Under the pieces are notes generated by a model, which saw nothing but the letters and a program-made list of their open reading frames with translations, had not been told where the DNA came from and did not search any database. Positions 61,001 through 64,000 of a DNA stretch of 64,000 nt are shown here, in pieces. Positions within the stretch are counted from its first letter, which is position 1; each line of letters starts with the position of its first letter. Source of the DNA: Marsupella aquatica (Eukaryota > Plantae > Marchantiophyta); NCBI GenBank assembly GCA_973895155.1, contig OZ316897.1, positions 17,766,457 to 17,830,456 on the forward strand, in the 5' to 3' direction. The translations under genes were made by a program, and so were the position numbers.

Positions 61001-63933
61001 GTACGTGAAACATCTGGATATTTCAGGCGGAAACGTCGATTACACACTACGTATGAATTATACTACGGTCCCTGGAACCGGTAGGACAGTCCACAGGCAC
61101 AGACATGGTCTTATTGATCACTACAAGCACTACTATACCTCCGGATTCCTCAGTTTACAGGTACGTGAAGGGTTGAAGGTCGAAATTGGTAAAATCCACA
61201 TATTGGATAGACTTCCTGTTTCATCTGAACTTGCCACGCACTAAGATGAATGATGAAGATTATTGCATTTGTTTTTGTCTCCCTGGTTGATGCATGACCG
61301 ATGACATCATCGTTTTGAATGCCTTTGGACCGTTTGTGCAGAATGCAATAAATTCGTATGTCTTGAAGAAATTTCCAAGTACGAATCCGGAGGGGAAGTT
61401 CGTCGATGAGACAGCGTGGGGAGCCCCATTTCCAGTGGGGGAGTACACTCACAACAGATTTTACGACGCGGTAACGCTCTTGGTCATGTCTAGTCCTACG
61501 AGGAGGATACTTGTGTGCGTGGAATACCAATTACTTGAATAAACGAGTGGTAAGGAGGAGTTGGGTTCTCCTCCTGGATGCGTTGCTGTATCGCAATTTT
61601 ATTCCGGCAAGTATCATTACCTCCACTTTCTAACCCATTGTTTTTGTGATTCGAAACTGGCAGGTGGGTCCCCTGATGGGACTTGTAATGTGCCTGTCCA
61701 CTCTGTATCCACTGGCCATGCTTGTCAAGGTAAACGAAAGCTCATCCTTGCCTGTACCGAATTTCGCTAACAAGGAACTTATTTACAAATCTAGTGTGTC
61801 CAACTGCCCAATCAATTATCGCCAGCAATTCGAGGAGAAGGTTTTTGATCCTCAAGTCAATGATATATTTACGTAATTCATTCAGGATGTCTTTTAATCT
61901 GCTCTTGGTATCCAGAGTTGCATTCCAGGATTTACAGTCGTTCCCACCGTTCATGTTTGGAACCATAGATGCACGGAATGCTTGTGGGCCGTCTTTTGAT
62001 CTGATGGCAGGTCGAGAGATTTGTATGAGATAACAATGTTTACGTGTCTGACCTCAGGCTCTGGTAGAAGAGAAAGAGACGAGGGCTAAGGAGACCATGC
62101 GCATAATGGGATTAAAGCCGTGGGTGTTTTCTTTGTCATGGTTCGCAACTTACATGGTTCGTGAATCTTAATTATTCCATGTCCCGGCTCTTGTCAGCAT
62201 GCAGAGTCTCCTCTTGCTTGATTGATTCTTGCTTTTTCAATGCACAAAGTCCTGAAGTCTTGAAATTCCACTGATACTTTATGTCGTCGTGGCTAATTTT
62301 CGTGTTCTCCTTTCCATGACTTACGCTGGGCTTAGCTCGCTGCGAGTTTGCATACAGTCAATGCCCTTATTTGCTCCCGATGGTTAAGAAGTTCCAGCTA
62401 TTTCTTATTTTGGCGACAATTAGATCCTCATGTGCTTGGTAATGACGCATGCAGGTTGTGTTCTTCATCATATCAGTCTTTGTAACAGCTCTTCTGAAGG
62501 TCACCTTCTTTCCAAACAGGTGCGTTTTTTGAGAGACGTAGACTTGGCACCGCATGCACAGTTTCACGACATTTAACCCGTTCACAGTCTCTGTTTCGTT
62601 GATAGATTCTCTTGCTGATACCTTCCTTGGTTGCAGTGATGTCAGCATAGTCTTCATCCTGTTCTTTCTATTCACCACTTCTCTTATACCTTTCGGTAAG
62701 TACGAATTCCGTTCATCACTTTGCGGACTCCTTTTGAAGGTTAAGACGTTTGAAAGCTTCTTGTACATATTATATACTTCAATTTGGTTTTCGGATGGAA
62801 GGTAGGTTTTACCTTGATAATGTGACTTGACCAGTTTCACAGCTTATGAACATCGCCTTAATAAAAGTGAAAGTCAAATTGCTTGGGGATTTTGCAGGGT
62901 TCTTCCTCTCCGTGTTCTTTTCAAAAGCCAAGCTAGCTGCGCTTGTTGCGCCATTTGTGCATTTCGCCTCCATCATGCCTCGTTATGTGTTCTTTCGCAC
63001 GGGCAGTGGTCAGGCCTTGCGTGGGAAATCAGCGACATCGCTGCTTCCTCCCACAGCGTTTACCTTCGGTAGGTTTCTGATATATCTCACTCTTTCATAC
63101 CTTTGGTGCTGACAGGATGTGGAAAGGTCGGGTAGCGTTTAATTGAAGTGAATTATTTCAAGTTCGTTGGCAATCTCAATTTCCACCCTTGATTGAAATT
63201 CGATTTGAAGTTTAAGAGTACATAATAATAACGTGCTTTCACAGTCTTATATTTTTAGTGACAGTCGCTTGACACCTTTCGTGATTTGTCCTGTACGATG
63301 ACAGGGGTGGATCTCATGGCGCAGTATGAAGGAGCAGATGTTGGTTTGACGTGGGCAAATATCTGGGAGGACGAATTTTCCATGGCTTGGATATTTTTGT
63401 TGTTCATTGTGGACTGCCTCCTTTATGGTCTTCTTGCTTGGTATGGCCCTCTCAAATGTTTTCCTATATTCTTTCACCTGTGTCATACGGTGTCGTCCTA
63501 ATAGCGTTTGGACTAGAATATTATTGGCTTTGAGATACTGTTACCCCGTTCGTGGGCCTTGCTTCGTGTGCTTGGAATATTTGTTCTATCATCGGAAAGT
63601 CCACCTGGTTGGTCGTGTGTCTACTACAAGAAATTCCTAGATTCATGCAGATATTAAGAGAAAATTCTTAGGAGTGTCGAAGTTGTAAGGTTTAGGGTTG
63701 AATCATTGCCCCAGTGAAAAAGGATGTCGATGCCAAAATATTAAACAACGGGAAATCGCTTTGTGAAGGCTTCTACTTAGTGTCTCATAGAGGCCGGTGT
63801 TCTGTTTCAAAACGTTCTCAGGTACCTTGAGCAAGTACTGCCGTCGGAGTATGGTGGAAGGCTACCTCCGTGGTTTTTCTTAAAGTCCTCGTATTGGTCC
63901 TCCGACACAACAAAGTACAGAACGGATTGTGAG
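58026..63933 (+). CDS. ABCA-family ABC transporter (ABCA1/AOH-like), 5' 15 exons, continues past the window
   Basis: Phase-consistent GT-AG exons: 58026-58388, 58710-58922, 59566-59875, 60190-60248, 60397-60489, 60694-60735, 60948-61160, 61342-61470, 61664-61729, 62058-62156, 62455-62519, 62637-62695, 62898-63068, 63305-63440, 63822-63933. Motifs QLKAMLWRQWLFKRR, IAFAPN, YYTSGFLSLQ, LVEEKETRAKETMRIMGL, SLLPPTAF and WYLEQVLPSEYG..PPWF. Confidence 0.92.
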
Positions 63934-64000
63934 GTTTGTATCCAATTTAGTTTAAATTCAAGTTTTGATATTTGCCTGATGATTCTAATTTCTTGGAACA

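Overview
This is eukaryotic, plant-type nuclear DNA, probably from a non-seed land plant (inference): it has GT-AG introns, plant Copia, LINE and MITE elements, and C>T decay in CG/CHG contexts. Host genes are an intronless MATE transporter (-), two intronless amidohydrolase_2/decarboxylase-like genes with signal peptides (-) plus a third copy cut down to its signal peptide, all three inside a tandem triplication, and the first 15 exons of an ABCA-family transporter (+) that runs off the right end. Transposons are a young Ty1/Copia (23755-29461), an older Copia (45013-51421) nested in an L1-like LINE remnant and carrying three small insertions, two 5'-truncated RLE-type (CRE-like) non-LTR elements, an 8-bp-TSD MITE family and Helitron-like ends. 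Main leads: (1) the young Copia has an intact antisense ORF between pol and the 3' LTR that encodes an RNase H1 hybrid-binding / caulimovirus viroplasmin-type domain, and a TATA-like box in the LTR points at it; (2) the amidohydrolases look microbial-derived but have gained a secretion signal. All calls come from reading motifs by eye; no searches were run. Many ORF-track starts are non-ATG and are artefacts in a eukaryote.
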